From Escherichia coli (GTDB lineage: Bacteria > Pseudomonadota > Gammaproteobacteria > Enterobacterales > Enterobacteriaceae), in the NCBI RefSeq assembly GCF_013122565.1, contig NZ_CP053258.1: a stretch of 64,000 nucleotides of DNA, one strand, 5' to 3'. The notes under the pieces are model-generated. The model had not been told where the DNA came from. It did no database searches and saw only the letters and a program-made list of their open reading frames with translations. The position numbers and the translations under genes are program-made. This document shows, piece after piece, positions 23,173-38,898 of the stretch. Within the stretch, counting starts at the first letter, position 1. Each line of letters opens with the position of its first letter.

Positions 23173-23292
23173 ATGCCTGGCAGTTCCCTACTCTCGCATG
23201 GGGAGACCCCACACTACCATCGGCGCTACGGCGTTTCACTTCTGAGTTCGGCATGGGGTCAGGTGGGACCACCGCGCTACGGCTGCCAGGCA
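23173..23292 (-). rRNA. rrfC: 5S ribosomal RNA
   Basis: 120 nt; reverse complement begins TGCCTGGCAGCCGTAGCGCGGTGGTCCCACCTGACCCCATGCCGAACTCAG and ends ...GGGAACTGCCAGGCAT. Confidence 0.95.
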
Positions 23293-23384
23293 AATTCTGT
23301 TTTATCAGACCGCTTCTGCGTTCTGATTTAATCTGGATCAGGCTGAAAATCTTCTCTCATCCGCCAAAACATCTTCGGCGTTGT

Positions 23385-26288
<2,904 letters not shown>

Positions 26289-26481
26289 TCACAACCCGAA
26301 GATGTTTCTTGCGATTCATCATCGTGTTGCGAAAATTTGAGAGACTCACGAACAACTTTCGTTGTTCAGTGTTTCAATTTTCAGCTTGATCCAGATTTTT
26401 AAAGAGCAAATATCTCAAACAAGACTTAACAGTCTGTTTTGAGATATTGAGGTCGGCGACTTTCACTCACAAACCAGCAAG

Positions 26482-26557
26482 TGGCGTCCCCTAGGGGATT
26501 CGAACCCCTGTTACCGCCGTGAAAGGGCGGTGTCCTGGGCCTCTAGACGAAGGGGAC
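26482..26557 (-). tRNA. gltU: tRNA-Glu (anticodon UUC) in the 16S-23S spacer
   Basis: Reverse complement reads GTCCCCTTCGTCTAGAGGCCCAGGACACCGCCCTTTCACGGCGGTAACAGGGGTTCGAATCCCCTAGGGGACGCCA. Confidence 0.95.
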
Positions 26558-26642
26558 GTATCAGTCTGCTTCGCAAGACGCCTTGCTTTTCACTTTCTAT
26601 CAGACAATCTGTGTGAGCACTGCAAAGTACGCTTCTTTAAGG

Positions 26643-28184
<1,542 letters not shown>

Positions 28185-28365
28185 AAAAGTTTGATGCTCA
28201 AAGAATTAAACTTCGTAATGAATTACGTGTTCACTCTTGAGACTTGGTATTCATTTTTCGTCTTGCGACGTTAAGAATCCGTATCTTCGAGTGCCCACAC
28301 AGATTGTCTGATAAATTGTTAAAGAGCAGTGCCGCTTCGCTTTTTCTCAGCGGCGCGGGGTGTGC

Positions 28366-28393
28366 ATAATACGCTTTCCCGCCACAGAGTCAA
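28366..28393 (-). promoter_or_regulatory. rRNA operon promoter P2
   Basis: Minus strand has TTGACT (28388-28393), a 16-bp spacer and TATTAT (28366-28371), followed by GC-rich discriminator GCACACCCCGCGCC and the boxA-like TGCTCTTTAACAA antitermination motif (28318-28330). Confidence 0.8.
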
Positions 28394-28484
28394 GCATTTA
28401 TTTTTGCTTTCTCTGCCGAAGTTCTCAGGAGAACCCCGCTGACCCGGCGGCGTGTTTGCCGTTGTTCCGTGTCAGTGGTGGCGC

Positions 28485-28512
28485 ATTATAGGGAGTTATT
28501 CCGGCCTGACAA
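28485..28512 (-). promoter_or_regulatory. rRNA operon promoter P1 with upstream A/T-rich UP-element region
   Basis: Minus strand has TTGTCA (28507-28512), a 16-bp spacer and TATAAT (28485-28490), then GCGCCACC discriminator; A/T-rich tract aggaaatttaaaataattttcc immediately upstream (28513-28540). Confidence 0.85.
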
Positions 28513-28664
28513 GAGGAAATTTAAAATAATTTTCCGACCGCGCATTTTTTCAGCAAAAGCCCCGTTAATGTGCCATAAAACAAGCAATTTGCCGTTTTTG
28601 CAACCGTAATCACACTTCCTGGTGGCATACTAAGGAGGAATAAAAAGAAAAAGGAAGATAAGTA

Positions 28665-29357
28665 ATGCCTTTAAGCGCACAACAGTTAGCTGCACAGAAA
28701 AACCTTTCGTATGTTCTGGCTGAGAAGCTGGCGCAACGGATCTTAAAAGGTGAATATGAACCCGGCACCATTTTGCCTGGTGAGATTGAGCTGGGCGAGC
28801 AATTTGGAGTGAGTCGTACAGCGGTACGCGAAGCGGTCAAAACGTTAACGGCAAAAGGGATGGTTTTACCGCGACCGCGAATTGGTACCCGGGTCATGCC
28901 ACAATCAAACTGGAATTTTCTTGATCAGGAATTGCTTACCTGGTGGATGACAGAAGAGAACTTTCATCAGGTCATCGATCACTTTCTGGTTATGCGTATC
29001 TGTCTGGAGCCACAAGCTTGCCTACTGGCAGCAACGGTTGGCACCGCGGAACAGAAGGCGCATCTCAATACGTTAATGGCCGAAATGGCGGCATTAAAAG
29101 AGAACTTTCGCCGTGAACGCTGGATCGAAGTCGATATGGCCTGGCATGAGCATATCTATGAAATGAGCGCCAATCCTTTTTTGACCTCATTCGCCTCGCT
29201 ATTCCATTCGGTTTATCACACTTACTTCACGTCAATTACCAGCGACACAGTGATAAAGCTGGATCTGCACCAGGCGATTGTCGATGCGATTATCCAAAGC
29301 GATGGCGACGCGGCATTTAAAGCTTGTCAGGCGCTGCTACGCTCACCTGATAAGTGA
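28665..29357 (+). CDS. yieP: GntR/FadR-family transcriptional regulator YieP
   Basis: 230-aa ORF MPLSAQQLAAQKNLSYVLAEKLAQRILKGEYEPGTILPGEIELGEQFGVSRTAVREAVKTL (GntR helix-turn-helix). Confidence 0.9.
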   Translation: MPLSAQQLAAQKNLSYVLAEKLAQRILKGEYEPGTILPGEIELGEQFGVSRTAVREAVKTLTAKGMVLPRPRIGTRVMPQSNWNFLDQELLTWWMTEENFHQVIDHFLVMRICLEPQACLLAATVGTAEQKAHLNTLMAEMAALKENFRRERWIEVDMAWHEHIYEMSANPFLTSFASLFHSVYHTYFTSITSDTVIKLDLHQAIVDAIIQSDGDAAFKACQALLRSPDK

Positions 29358-29379
29358 TAACCCGATAACAGGACATTGA

Positions 29380-30807
29380 ATGAGCGATAAAAAGAAGCGC
29401 AGTATGGCGGGTTTGCCGTGGATCGCGGCGATGGCCTTCTTCATGCAGGCACTTGATGCCACTATTCTGAATACCGCCTTACCCGCAATCGCTCATAGCC
29501 TTAATCGTTCTCCTCTCGCGATGCAATCAGCCATCATCAGTTATACGCTGACGGTGGCGATGCTTATTCCGGTAAGCGGATGGCTAGCCGATCGCTTCGG
29601 TACGCGTCGCATTTTTACCCTTGCCGTGAGTCTGTTCACGTTGGGTTCTCTGGCCTGCGCACTTTCTAATTCGCTACCACAGCTGGTTGTCTTCCGGGTT
29701 ATTCAGGGGATAGGCGGCGCAATGATGATGCCTGTTGCTCGGCTGGCCTTACTGCGTGCTTATCCTCGTAATGAACTTCTTCCGGTATTGAATTTTGTCG
29801 CTATGCCGGGTCTGGTGGGGCCAATTTTAGGCCCCGTACTTGGCGGCGTGCTGGTCACCTGGGCAACCTGGCACTGGATATTTTTAATCAATATCCCCAT
29901 AGGTATTGCGGGCCTTCTTTACGCGCGCAAACATATGCCCAATTTCACCACCGCACGACGCAGATTCGATATCATTGGCTTCTTGCTGTTTGGCCTTAGC
30001 CTTGTTCTCTTCTCAAGCGGAATAGAGCTATTCGGGGAAAAGATTGTCGCCAGCTGGATTGCCTTGACGGTGATAGTCACCAGCATCGGGTTACTGCTTC
30101 TCTATATTCTCCATGCGCGACGCACACCAAACCCATTAATTTCATTAGATTTATTTAAAACCCGCACTTTCTCGATCGGTATCGTAGGCAATATTGCAAC
30201 CCGTCTGGGGACCGGCTGTGTACCGTTCCTTATGCCATTGATGTTACAGGTAGGATTTGGTTATCAGGCGTTTATTGCTGGCTGTATGATGGCACCGACA
30301 GCGTTAGGTTCCATTATTGCAAAATCGATGGTTACCCAAGTCTTACGTCGTCTGGGCTATCGCCATACGTTAGTGGGGATCACGGTGATTATTGGGCTAA
30401 TGATCGCTCAGTTCTCTTTGCAATCACCGGCAATGGCGATATGGATGCTGATCTTGCCGTTGTTTATATTAGGGATGGCTATGTCGACGCAATTTACCGC
30501 GATGAATACCATCACACTTGCCGATCTGACCGATGACAACGCCAGCAGCGGTAACAGTGTTCTGGCGGTCACGCAGCAACTGTCTATCAGTTTAGGCGTT
30601 GCTGTAAGTGCGGCCGTCCTTCGCGTTTATGAAGGGATGGAAGGCACAACGACTGTCGAACAATTCCACTATACGTTTATAACGATGGGCATTATTACTG
30701 TTGCTTCAGCAGCAATGTTCATGCTTCTGAAAACAACCGATGGTAATAATTTGATCAAAAGACAGCGTAAATCTAAGCCGAACCGCGTTCCATCAGAATC
30801 GGAGTAA
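29380..30807 (+). CDS. hsrA: MFS-type efflux transporter HsrA (YieO)
   Basis: 475-aa ORF with about 14 hydrophobic segments ([38 protein letters not shown]...). Confidence 0.9.
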   Translation: MSDKKKRSMAGLPWIAAMAFFMQALDATILNTALPAIAHSLNRSPLAMQSAIISYTLTVAMLIPVSGWLADRFGTRRIFTLAVSLFTLGSLACALSNSLPQLVVFRVIQGIGGAMMMPVARLALLRAYPRNELLPVLNFVAMPGLVGPILGPVLGGVLVTWATWHWIFLINIPIGIAGLLYARKHMPNFTTARRRFDIIGFLLFGLSLVLFSSGIELFGEKIVASWIALTVIVTSIGLLLLYILHARRTPNPLISLDLFKTRTFSIGIVGNIATRLGTGCVPFLMPLMLQVGFGYQAFIAGCMMAPTALGSIIAKSMVTQVLRRLGYRHTLVGITVIIGLMIAQFSLQSPAMAIWMLILPLFILGMAMSTQFTAMNTITLADLTDDNASSGNSVLAVTQQLSISLGVAVSAAVLRVYEGMEGTTTVEQFHYTFITMGIITVASAAMFMLLKTTDGNNLIKRQRKSKPNRVPSESE

Positions 30808-31765
30808 GTTGTAATCGTTGTTGCTGAAGGGTCGGCTGGGTTATCCGATGGATGAGTACATCAATCGCCAGCTCCCCCAGTTCATCTTTCGGTTGGTGGA
30901 TAGTGGTTAATGGTGGCGTCATAAATCTTGCCAGTTCGATATCGTCATAGCCAATCACCGCGATATCCTGCGGAACCTGTAACTCTGCCTGATACAGCGC
31001 CTGGTAAACGCCAACAGCCATAGCGTCATTTCCGGTAAAGACAGCCTGAGGACGCAGCGGATGTGATAACAGTTGGCGCATGGCGTCAAACCCGCCGTTA
31101 AATTCAAAATCACCAGTGACTTCATAGCCATCAGGAATGTTGAGACCCGCACGTTTCATCGCCGCCCGATAACCTTCCAACCGCAGGCGCGCCGGAGTTT
31201 TATCCAGCGGACCGGTAATACAGGCGATACGGGTATGACCTTTATCGATCAGATATTGCGTTGCTAAGTCTCCGCCCAGCAACGAGTTATCCTGAATAAG
31301 ATCGCTGTCGCCATCGAACGGAGCCCAGTCCATCATCACGGTAGGCACTGTCGGATAACGTTGCATGATTTCACGCGAAGGTTGATGCGTTTCGGTGCAC
31401 AGTAACAGCAAGCCATCAACGCGTTTTTGCATCAGCGTTTCCAGATTGCGATTCATCCGCTGTTCATCGCCTTCGGTATTGCAAAGGACGAGACTATAAC
31501 CGCGTTCGAAGCAGCTGCGTTCAACGCCACGCACCAGTTCTGAATAGAAAGGATTGGTACTGGCAGTGATCAACATGCCAATGGTATGTGTTTGATTGAG
31601 CTTGAGGCTACGCGCCAGAGCTGATGGCGCGTAATTGAGTTCTTTAATCGCCGCTTCAACTTTGGCGGTAATCGCTTCACTGACGAAGCGATCTTTATTG
31701 ATAACGTGAGAAACTGTTGAGGTAGAAACGCCCGCCTGGCGGGCAACATCTTTCATTGTAGCCAA
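30773..31765 (-). CDS. rbsR: Ribose operon repressor RbsR (LacI family)
   Basis: 330-aa [68 protein letters not shown] (LacI-type helix-turn-helix); last gene of the rbs cluster. Confidence 0.95.
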   Translation of the reverse strand: MATMKDVARQAGVSTSTVSHVINKDRFVSEAITAKVEAAIKELNYAPSALARSLKLNQTHTIGMLITASTNPFYSELVRGVERSCFERGYSLVLCNTEGDEQRMNRNLETLMQKRVDGLLLLCTETHQPSREIMQRYPTVPTVMMDWAPFDGDSDLIQDNSLLGGDLATQYLIDKGHTRIACITGPLDKTPARLRLEGYRAAMKRAGLNIPDGYEVTGDFEFNGGFDAMRQLLSHPLRPQAVFTGNDAMAVGVYQALYQAELQVPQDIAVIGYDDIELARFMTPPLTTIHQPKDELGELAIDVLIHRITQPTLQQQRLQLTPILMERGSA

Positions 31766-31768
31766 GCG

Positions 31769-32698
31769 TCACCTCTGCCTGTCTAAAAATGCGTCGATCT
31801 CTTCACGCCACGGTACGGAAGGTTGTGCGCCTTTACGTGTTACGGCAATCGCAGCGGCAGCATGGGCAAACCGAATCGCCTCTGGCAATGGTTTTTCTTC
31901 CAGCAACGCCGTGATTAACGCGCCGTTAAAGGTATCTCCGGCAGCAATGGTATCGACAGCCTGCACCCGGAATCCAGGAACGCGCTGACCTTCACCATTC
32001 ACGCTAGCCCATACACCACGACTTCCTAAAGTAATCAGTACAGTACGGATACCTTTTTCATGCAGTACCTGCGCCGCCTTCGCTGCATCTTCATCATTTT
32101 CAACACGAATACCGGTGAGCTTTTCTGCTTCCGTTTCGTTTGGCGTAATAATGTCCACCAGCGCCAGCAGTTCGTCAGGAAGTTCGCGAGCCGGAGCCGG
32201 GTTAAGCGCAACGATAGTCTTATTTTGATGGGCGATTTTCGCCGCTGCCATCACACTTTCGAGTGGTGATTCCAGCTGCATTAATAATGCTGACGCGTTG
32301 GCAATACGCTCACGTTGCGCTTCCACCAGCGCCGGGGAAAGGGCAGCATTAGCGCCGGCATGAATACCGATGACATTCTCACCTTCGCCATTAACAAAAA
32401 TCAGCGCCACACCTGTTGATTCGCCTTTGATCACGCTGACCGGAGAAATATCCATGTTATCAGTGGCGAGCTGCTGGCGAACGCTCTCACCAATGCTGTC
32501 ATCGCCAGTGCAGGCAATAAACGCGATATTCGCACCGCTACGCCCAGCAGCCACAGCCTGATTCGCGCCTTTGCCGCCAAATGCAACCTGATAGTGGTTA
32601 CCGGTTACGGTTTCGCCTGGAGTAGGAAAAGATTGAAGATTAAGAATGTGGTCAGCATTAATGCTGCCAAGAACAACGAGGCTGCCTGCGTTTTGCAT
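31769..32698 (-). CDS. rbsK: Ribokinase
   Basis: ORF 31769..32725; start set at MQNAGSLVVLGSINADHILNLQSFPTPGETVTGNHYQVAFGGKGANQAVAAGRSGA (309 aa, PfkB family). Confidence 0.95.
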   Translation of the reverse strand: MQNAGSLVVLGSINADHILNLQSFPTPGETVTGNHYQVAFGGKGANQAVAAGRSGANIAFIACTGDDSIGESVRQQLATDNMDISPVSVIKGESTGVALIFVNGEGENVIGIHAGANAALSPALVEAQRERIANASALLMQLESPLESVMAAAKIAHQNKTIVALNPAPARELPDELLALVDIITPNETEAEKLTGIRVENDEDAAKAAQVLHEKGIRTVLITLGSRGVWASVNGEGQRVPGFRVQAVDTIAAGDTFNGALITALLEEKPLPEAIRFAHAAAAIAVTRKGAQPSVPWREEIDAFLDRQR

Positions 32699-32823
32699 AT
32701 TCGGGATGTCCATAAAATGCGCCACCGTGTTAGGGTGGCGCGTGCCCTGCTTTTCTTTATATTACACGTTCATCTGTCGATGACGTATTTATGTCACCAT
32801 CAGGTCATACAACCTGATTAAAA

Positions 32824-33714
32824 CTACTGCTTAACAACCAGTTTCAGATCAACCGGATACTTAGCCTGAACTTTCTCGCCTTTCAGCACTTTATCTGCGG
32901 TTTCAACGCCTTTCGCGCCAATCTGATCGGGTAGCTGAGCGATAGTCGCTGCTAGTTTGCCATCATTCACCGCTTTTTCGCCATCCGGTGTACCGTCAAA
33001 TCCGACAACCATCACATCCGATTTACCGGCAGTTTGCAGTGCGCGCAGCGCGCCCAGCGCCATTTCATCATTCTGCGCGAATACAGCCTGAACATCCGGA
33101 TGAGCGGTCAACAGGTTCTGCATTACGTTCAAACCTTTGGTGCGATCAAAATCTGCTGGCTGGCTGGCAAGAACATTAAACTTGTGAGCAGCAACGGCCT
33201 GCTGGAAGCCTTCGCCACGTTCACGGGCTGCGGATGTACCAGCAATGCCTTGCAGCTCGATAACTTTGGCACCTTCACCCGCTTTCTTCGCGATGTAATC
33301 ACCGGCGATTTTGCCACCCAGTACGTTATCAGAAGCAATGTGGCTCACCACTTCACCTTTCGTTGCCTGGCGGTCAAGAGTGATAACCGGGATGTTCGCC
33401 TGGTTAGCCATCTTCACAGCATTACCTACTGCGTCGGAGTCGGTCGGGTTAATCAGCAGAATTTTGGTGCCGCGAACGGTTAAGTCCTGCACGTTCGCCA
33501 GCTCTTTCGCCGGGTTGTTCTGGGAGTCCAGCACCACCAGGTTATAGCCAAGTTTATCCGCCTCTTTCTGCGCGCCATCTTTCAGCGATACAAAGAACGG
33601 GTTGTTAAGCGTGGAGACCACCAGCGCGATGGTGTCTTTTGCCATCGCATTCGCACTGACGGTGGCGCTTAGCGCAACAGCGGAAACCAGGGTAGCCAGT
33701 TTTTTCATGTTCAT
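32824..33714 (-). CDS. rbsB: Ribose ABC transporter periplasmic binding protein
   Basis: ORF 32824..33720; start set at [41 protein letters not shown] (signal peptide, 296 aa). Confidence 0.95.
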   Translation of the reverse strand: MNMKKLATLVSAVALSATVSANAMAKDTIALVVSTLNNPFFVSLKDGAQKEADKLGYNLVVLDSQNNPAKELANVQDLTVRGTKILLINPTDSDAVGNAVKMANQANIPVITLDRQATKGEVVSHIASDNVLGGKIAGDYIAKKAGEGAKVIELQGIAGTSAARERGEGFQQAVAAHKFNVLASQPADFDRTKGLNVMQNLLTAHPDVQAVFAQNDEMALGALRALQTAGKSDVMVVGFDGTPDGEKAVNDGKLAATIAQLPDQIGAKGVETADKVLKGEKVQAKYPVDLKLVVKQ

Positions 33715-33738
33715 ATTCAAGATGTCCTGTAGTCGTTA

Positions 33739-34704
33739 TTACTGCTTTTTGTTGTCTACCAGCACCGCCAGCAAAATCACCACCGCTTTGACGATCATCT
33801 GGTAATAGGAGGAAACACCTAACAAATTCAATCCATTATTAAGGAAGCCAAGAATTAATGCGCCGATCAACGTCCCAACAATGCGACCTTTTCCGCCTGC
33901 CAGACTCGTACCGCCCAGAACCACCGCAGCAATAGCATCCAGCTCATAGCCAGTCCCCGCCGTAGGTTGTGCGGAGGAGAGACGCGCCACTTCAATGATC
34001 CCGGCCAGTGATGCCAGCAGACCACAAAGAGAATAGACGATGATTTTGATTTTATTGACGTTGATACCAGAAAGACGCGTTGCCGCTTCGTTGCCGCCCA
34101 GCGCGTAGATGTAACGCCCCAGACGCGTGTGATGCAGCATGTACCAGGCCGCGAGGAAGACAATTCCCATGATCCAGACTGGCGTCGGTACACCCAGCGG
34201 ACGACCAATACCAAACCAGCCAAACAGATCGGCGTTCTCAGTAAAGCCGGTATTCACTGGGCTACCGTTGGTATAAACCATGGTCACGCCGCGCAGTAAA
34301 AGCATCATAACCAGCGTAGCGATAAACGCCTGGACGCGACCTTTCGCTACAATCACCCCGGTTACCGCACCAATTGCGGCACCTAATGCGAGAGCAGCAG
34401 CGACAGCCACCAGCGCATTGACTTCAATGCCGACGATAGATGCAGCAACTGCGCCGGTCAGCGCCAACAGAGAACCTACCGACAAGTCGATGCCCGACGT
34501 CAGGATCACCAGCGTCATCCCGACCGCCATAATGGCGTTCACTGAGGTTTGCTGGAGAATATTGAATAAGTTATTGATGGTGAAAAAGTTCGGGCTTAAC
34601 GTCGAGACAATCGCGATCAGCACCAGCAGAGCGATAAGCGATTTCTGCTCCATCAGCCACGCTTTCGTGAAATAACGGCGACCAGAGACAGTCTGGGTTG
34701 TCAT
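33739..34704 (-). CDS. rbsC: Ribose ABC transporter permease
   Basis: 321-aa multi-pass membrane ORF MTTQTVSGRRYFTKAWLMEQKSLIALLVLIAIVSTLSPNFF... Confidence 0.95.
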   Translation of the reverse strand: MTTQTVSGRRYFTKAWLMEQKSLIALLVLIAIVSTLSPNFFTINNLFNILQQTSVNAIMAVGMTLVILTSGIDLSVGSLLALTGAVAASIVGIEVNALVAVAAALALGAAIGAVTGVIVAKGRVQAFIATLVMMLLLRGVTMVYTNGSPVNTGFTENADLFGWFGIGRPLGVPTPVWIMGIVFLAAWYMLHHTRLGRYIYALGGNEAATRLSGINVNKIKIIVYSLCGLLASLAGIIEVARLSSAQPTAGTGYELDAIAAVVLGGTSLAGGKGRIVGTLIGALILGFLNNGLNLLGVSSYYQMIVKAVVILLAVLVDNKKQ

Positions 34705-34708
34705 TTTT

Positions 34709-36214
34709 TTACTCCTGATTCACGCGATTAAGCTTGCCCACAGCGGCAGCCATTAACACTTCCTGGGTGGCCTGCTCACGAGTAAATTCCCCGCTGAGAT
34801 GCCCTTCATGCATGACGATGATGCGATCGCTCATGCCTAATACTTCTGGCATCTCCGATGACACCAGAATGATGCTCAAGCCATCGGCTTTGAACTGGTT
34901 AATCAGTTGATAGATCTCTTTTTTCGCGCCGACATCTACGCCACGGGTAGGTTCATCAAGGATCAACACTTTGGGGCGTGTCATCAGACCGCGGGCAATC
35001 GCCACTTTTTGCTGATTGCCACCGGAAAGCAGACCAATTGCCTGTTCCATTGACGGCGTTTTCACATTAAACAGACGAATGAAATCACTTACTGCCTGCT
35101 GTTCATCGGCATGCTTCAAACTGCCGCCAGCGCGGCTGAAGTAGCGCAGCGCTGTCAGCGACATGTTCTCTTTTACTGACATGCCCAGCACTAAACCGTC
35201 ACGTTTACGGTCTTCGGAGATATACACAATGCCGTTTGCCAGGCCATCCTGCGGTGAACGGGTAACGACTTCATGCCCATCCAGGGTGACGTAACCGCTG
35301 GTGCGCGGCAGTGCGCCGTAGAGCACTTTCATCAGTTCGGTACGACCTGCGCCCATCAAACCAGAGACGCCAAGAATTTCGCCTTTGCGTAAAGTAAAAG
35401 AGACATCGTTAACGCCAGGTCCGCAGAGATTATCGACTTTCAGGCGGATATCTCCCGGCGCTTTGTCCAGGTGCGGATATTGATCTTCCAGCTTGCGACC
35501 CACCATCATCTCAATCAGCGAATCTTCGGTCAGTGATGCCACTTCGCGCTCAGCAATAAATTGTCCGTCACGAAAAACGGTAACGTCATCGCAAATCTCG
35601 AAGATTTCTTTCATGCGGTGGGAGATATAGACAATACCGCGGCCTTGCGATTTCAGCTCGCGGATGACGCGGAACAGGGATTCGGTTTCGGTATCGGTCA
35701 GCGCATCGGTCGGTTCATCCATAATGATGACTTTCGACTCAAAGCTCAGCACTTTGGCTATTTCAACCATTTGCTGGTCACCGATGGAAAGATCGCCCAC
35801 CAGCTTGTCGCTTTTAAAGCGCAGGTTAAGTTTAGCCAGCAATTTATCCGCTTCGGCATACATGGTTTTCCAGTCAATTTTGCCAAAGCGATTAACAAAC
35901 TCACGACCGAGGAAAATGTTTTCGGCAATGGTCAACTGCGGGATCAGGTTCAGTTCCTGATGGATAATCCCAATCCCGGCTTCCTGGGAAGATTTCGGCC
36001 CGGTAAATGTCGTTTCTTTCCCCAGCCATAAAAGCGTGCCGGCATCGCGAGTATAGATACCAGTAAGCACTTTCATCATGGTGGATTTACCCGCGCCGTT
36101 TTCGCCCACCAGCGCCATCACACGGCCCGGATAGACATTTAACGCAGCGCCCGAGAGGGCTTTTACGCCCGGGAAGGCTTTATCGATGCCTTTAAGCTGA
36201 AGTAATGCTTCCAT
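34709..36214 (-). CDS. rbsA: Ribose ABC transporter ATP-binding protein (duplicated ABC domains)
   Basis: 501-aa ORF with two Walker A motifs (GENGAGKST and GLMGAGRTE) and ABC signature LSGGNQQK. Confidence 0.95.
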
Positions 36215-36221
36215 GACGGCC

Positions 36222-36641
36222 TCAGAACGTCACGCCAGCACAGAGAATGATATTCGCATACGGAGAACATTCTCCGCTGCGAATTACCGCCTGACTTTCT
36301 GCGGTTTGTTGTTTGAATTGTTCATGCGTGGTGTAACGAATTTCAATGGTATTTCCCTGGTGTTTTTGCAGCTGCTCAAGGTGAGTGAGCAACGTTTCGT
36401 GGAGTTGCGGATTATGGTGTTTGATCTCTTCCGCGATAATAGCAGCCTCGACCTGCATTTCATTTGTGACGACGCCCAGCACCTGCATAAAAGAAGGTAC
36501 ACCCTGGGTTAATGCCATATCGATACGCGTTGTACTTTTGGGGATGGGTAAACCAGCATCACACACCACCAGCGTATCGGTATGTCCCAGACGGGAGATC
36601 ACCGATGAAATATCAGAATTAAGAACGGTGCCTTTTTTCAT
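36222..36641 (-). CDS. rbsD: D-ribose pyranase
   Basis: ORF 36222..36653; start set at [34 protein letters not shown] (139 aa); an in-frame ATG four codons upstream is the alternative. Confidence 0.9.
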
Positions 36642-36653
36642 TTTTTTCTCCAT

Positions 36654-36671
36654 CAGCGAAACGTTTCGCTG
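36654..36671. promoter_or_regulatory. Putative RbsR operator (perfect 18-bp palindrome) at the rbsD promoter
   Basis: cagcgaaacgtttcgctg is a perfect inverted repeat about 13 bp upstream of the rbsD start, of the LacI-family operator type; a related half-site cgaaacgttt recurs at about 36735-36745. Confidence 0.75.
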
Positions 36672-36807
36672 ACCCGCAGTTTAATCCTGACTGAGTTGGG
36701 AAAACCATCGTGACGTTACGGAAATGTGATCAACCTCGAAACGTTTTACATGGTGATTATCCACGAAAACAAAAACGCCCCCTTATGGAGAAAGGAGGCG
36801 TCTGGCG

Positions 36808-38676
36808 TTAGATTTCGACCTGAGTACCCAGTTCGATAACCCTGTTTGGCGGGATTTCAAATTGATCCGGTGCACGCAGCGCATTACGTTGCAGCAGCAA
36901 GTACAGCTTGCCGCGCAGACGCAAATACCACGGGCGTTTGCCGAGGATCAACGACTCATGCGACATAAAGAAGGAGGTTTCCATCATCCGGCAACTTAAT
37001 CCTTCCAGACCGCAGCGGTGGAAAACTTCTTCCACGTTTGGCGTTTCTCGCCAACCATAACTTGCCACCACGCGCCAGAAAGTGGGCGACAGTTGTTCAA
37101 TCTGTACCCGACGGACGTTATGGACATATGGCGCGTCTTCGGTGCGCAGAGTTAACAGAATCACCCGCTCATGCAATACCTTGTTATGTTTAAGGTTATG
37201 CATCAGCGCAAAGGGAATGACGTTGATTGCACGCGACATATACACCGCGGTCCCAGGCACGCGAACGGGCGGTGATTTCTCCAGCGAAGCAATCATCGCT
37301 TCCAGAGAGTTACCATGTTCATGCATCCGCCGCAGCAAGCGGAAACGCTCGCTCTTCCAGGTGGTCATCACGATAAACATCACCGTACCGAGGCTCAATG
37401 GCAACCAGCCGCCGGAAAGCAGTTTATCGAGGTTAGCGGTGAACAATGGAATATCGACACAAAGAAAAGCAATCAGGATCAGCGCAACAAAATACTTATT
37501 CCAGTGCCAGTTCTGACGTGCCACGGTAGTCGAGAGAATAGACGTCAGCACCATGGTTCCGGTCACCGCAATCCCGTACGCCGCCGCCAGGTTGCTGGAG
37601 TGCTCAAAGCTGACAATCACAATCACGACCGCGACATAGAGCATCCAGTTCACAAACGGAATATAGATTTGCCCTGACTCCATTTCGGAGGTGTGAATAA
37701 TGCGCATCGGCGACAAATATCCCAGACGTACCGCCTGACGCGTTAATGAGAAGACGCCAGAGATAACAGCCTGCGAGGCAATTACCGTCGCCAGTGCGGC
37801 GATGATCAGCAGCGGGATCAGCGCCCAGTCCGGTGCCAACAGGAAGAACGGGTTCTTAATCGCTTCCGGGTTCTTTAACAACAGCGCTCCCTGGCCGAAG
37901 TAATTAAGGGTTAAGGAAGGTAATACGACGGTGAACCACGCCAGGCGAATAGGGAACTTACCAAAGTGCCCCATATCGGCATACAGCGCCTCGACCCCCG
38001 TAATCGACAGCACCACTGCCCCTAATGCAATAAAAGAAACCGTTTTGTATTCAAGGAAGAAATGCACCGCCCACATCGGATTCAGTGCATGCAGCACTTC
38101 CGGGTTAGCAATAATGCTACGTAACCCCAGCCCTGCCAGAATCAAAAACCAGGTCAACATGATCGGCGCAAACAGCTTACCGACCATAGCCGTGCCATGT
38201 TTTTGAATCATAAATAATAATGTGAGAACGATAATTGAGAGGGGAACTATCCAGGTATCCAGCTGCGGGGCGACGATTTCCAGACCTTCAATGGCTGACA
38301 TCACCGAAATAGCGGGTGTTATGACGACTTCACCATAGAAAAAGCTGCCGCCGATTAGCCCCATAATCACCAGCATTGATGTGGTTCGCGCCGACGTATT
38401 ACGCCCGGCAAGCGACATCAACGTCAGGATCCCCCCTTCACCGGCGTTATCTGCCCGCATCACGAAGGTGAGATATTTAATGGAAACCACAAAGATTAGC
38501 AGCCAGAAGATCAGCGATAAAAAGCCAAACACGGCATCGCGTTCAACGCCAAAACCAAACTGGCCGGACAAACATTCACGAAGTGTATATAACGGGCTGG
38601 TACCAATATCGCCGTAGACAACTCCAATCGCCGCGAGGGTAATCGCGGGCAATGATTGCTTATTATCAGTGCTCAT
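36808..38676 (-). CDS. kup: Low-affinity potassium transporter Kup (TrkD)
   Basis: 622-aa polytopic membrane [61 protein letters not shown] (KUP/HAK family motif). Confidence 0.95.
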
Positions 38677-38898
38677 AGACTAGTCTTTCGTTGAAATATG
38701 AAATGTGTGCTTAGTCCCTTGGCCCACAAAAAAGCGCACAGTATGCACGATTAACGGCAAAATCGTACTCCTAAATGCGGCCACATTAACCTGGCTCAAA
38801 GAAAAATGCCCCCCCTTTGAGACTATTTTAGCCACCAGCAAGAAACGTCTATACTCGCAATTTACGCAGAACTTTTGACGAAAGGACGCCACTTCATT

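Noticed and set aside
23173-23292. Possible single-base difference of this 5S rRNA from the 5S sequence I remember (GGCAGCCG versus GGCGGCCG near the 5' end).
   Set aside because: Cannot be distinguished from normal inter-operon or strain heterogeneity, or from imperfect recall, without an alignment.
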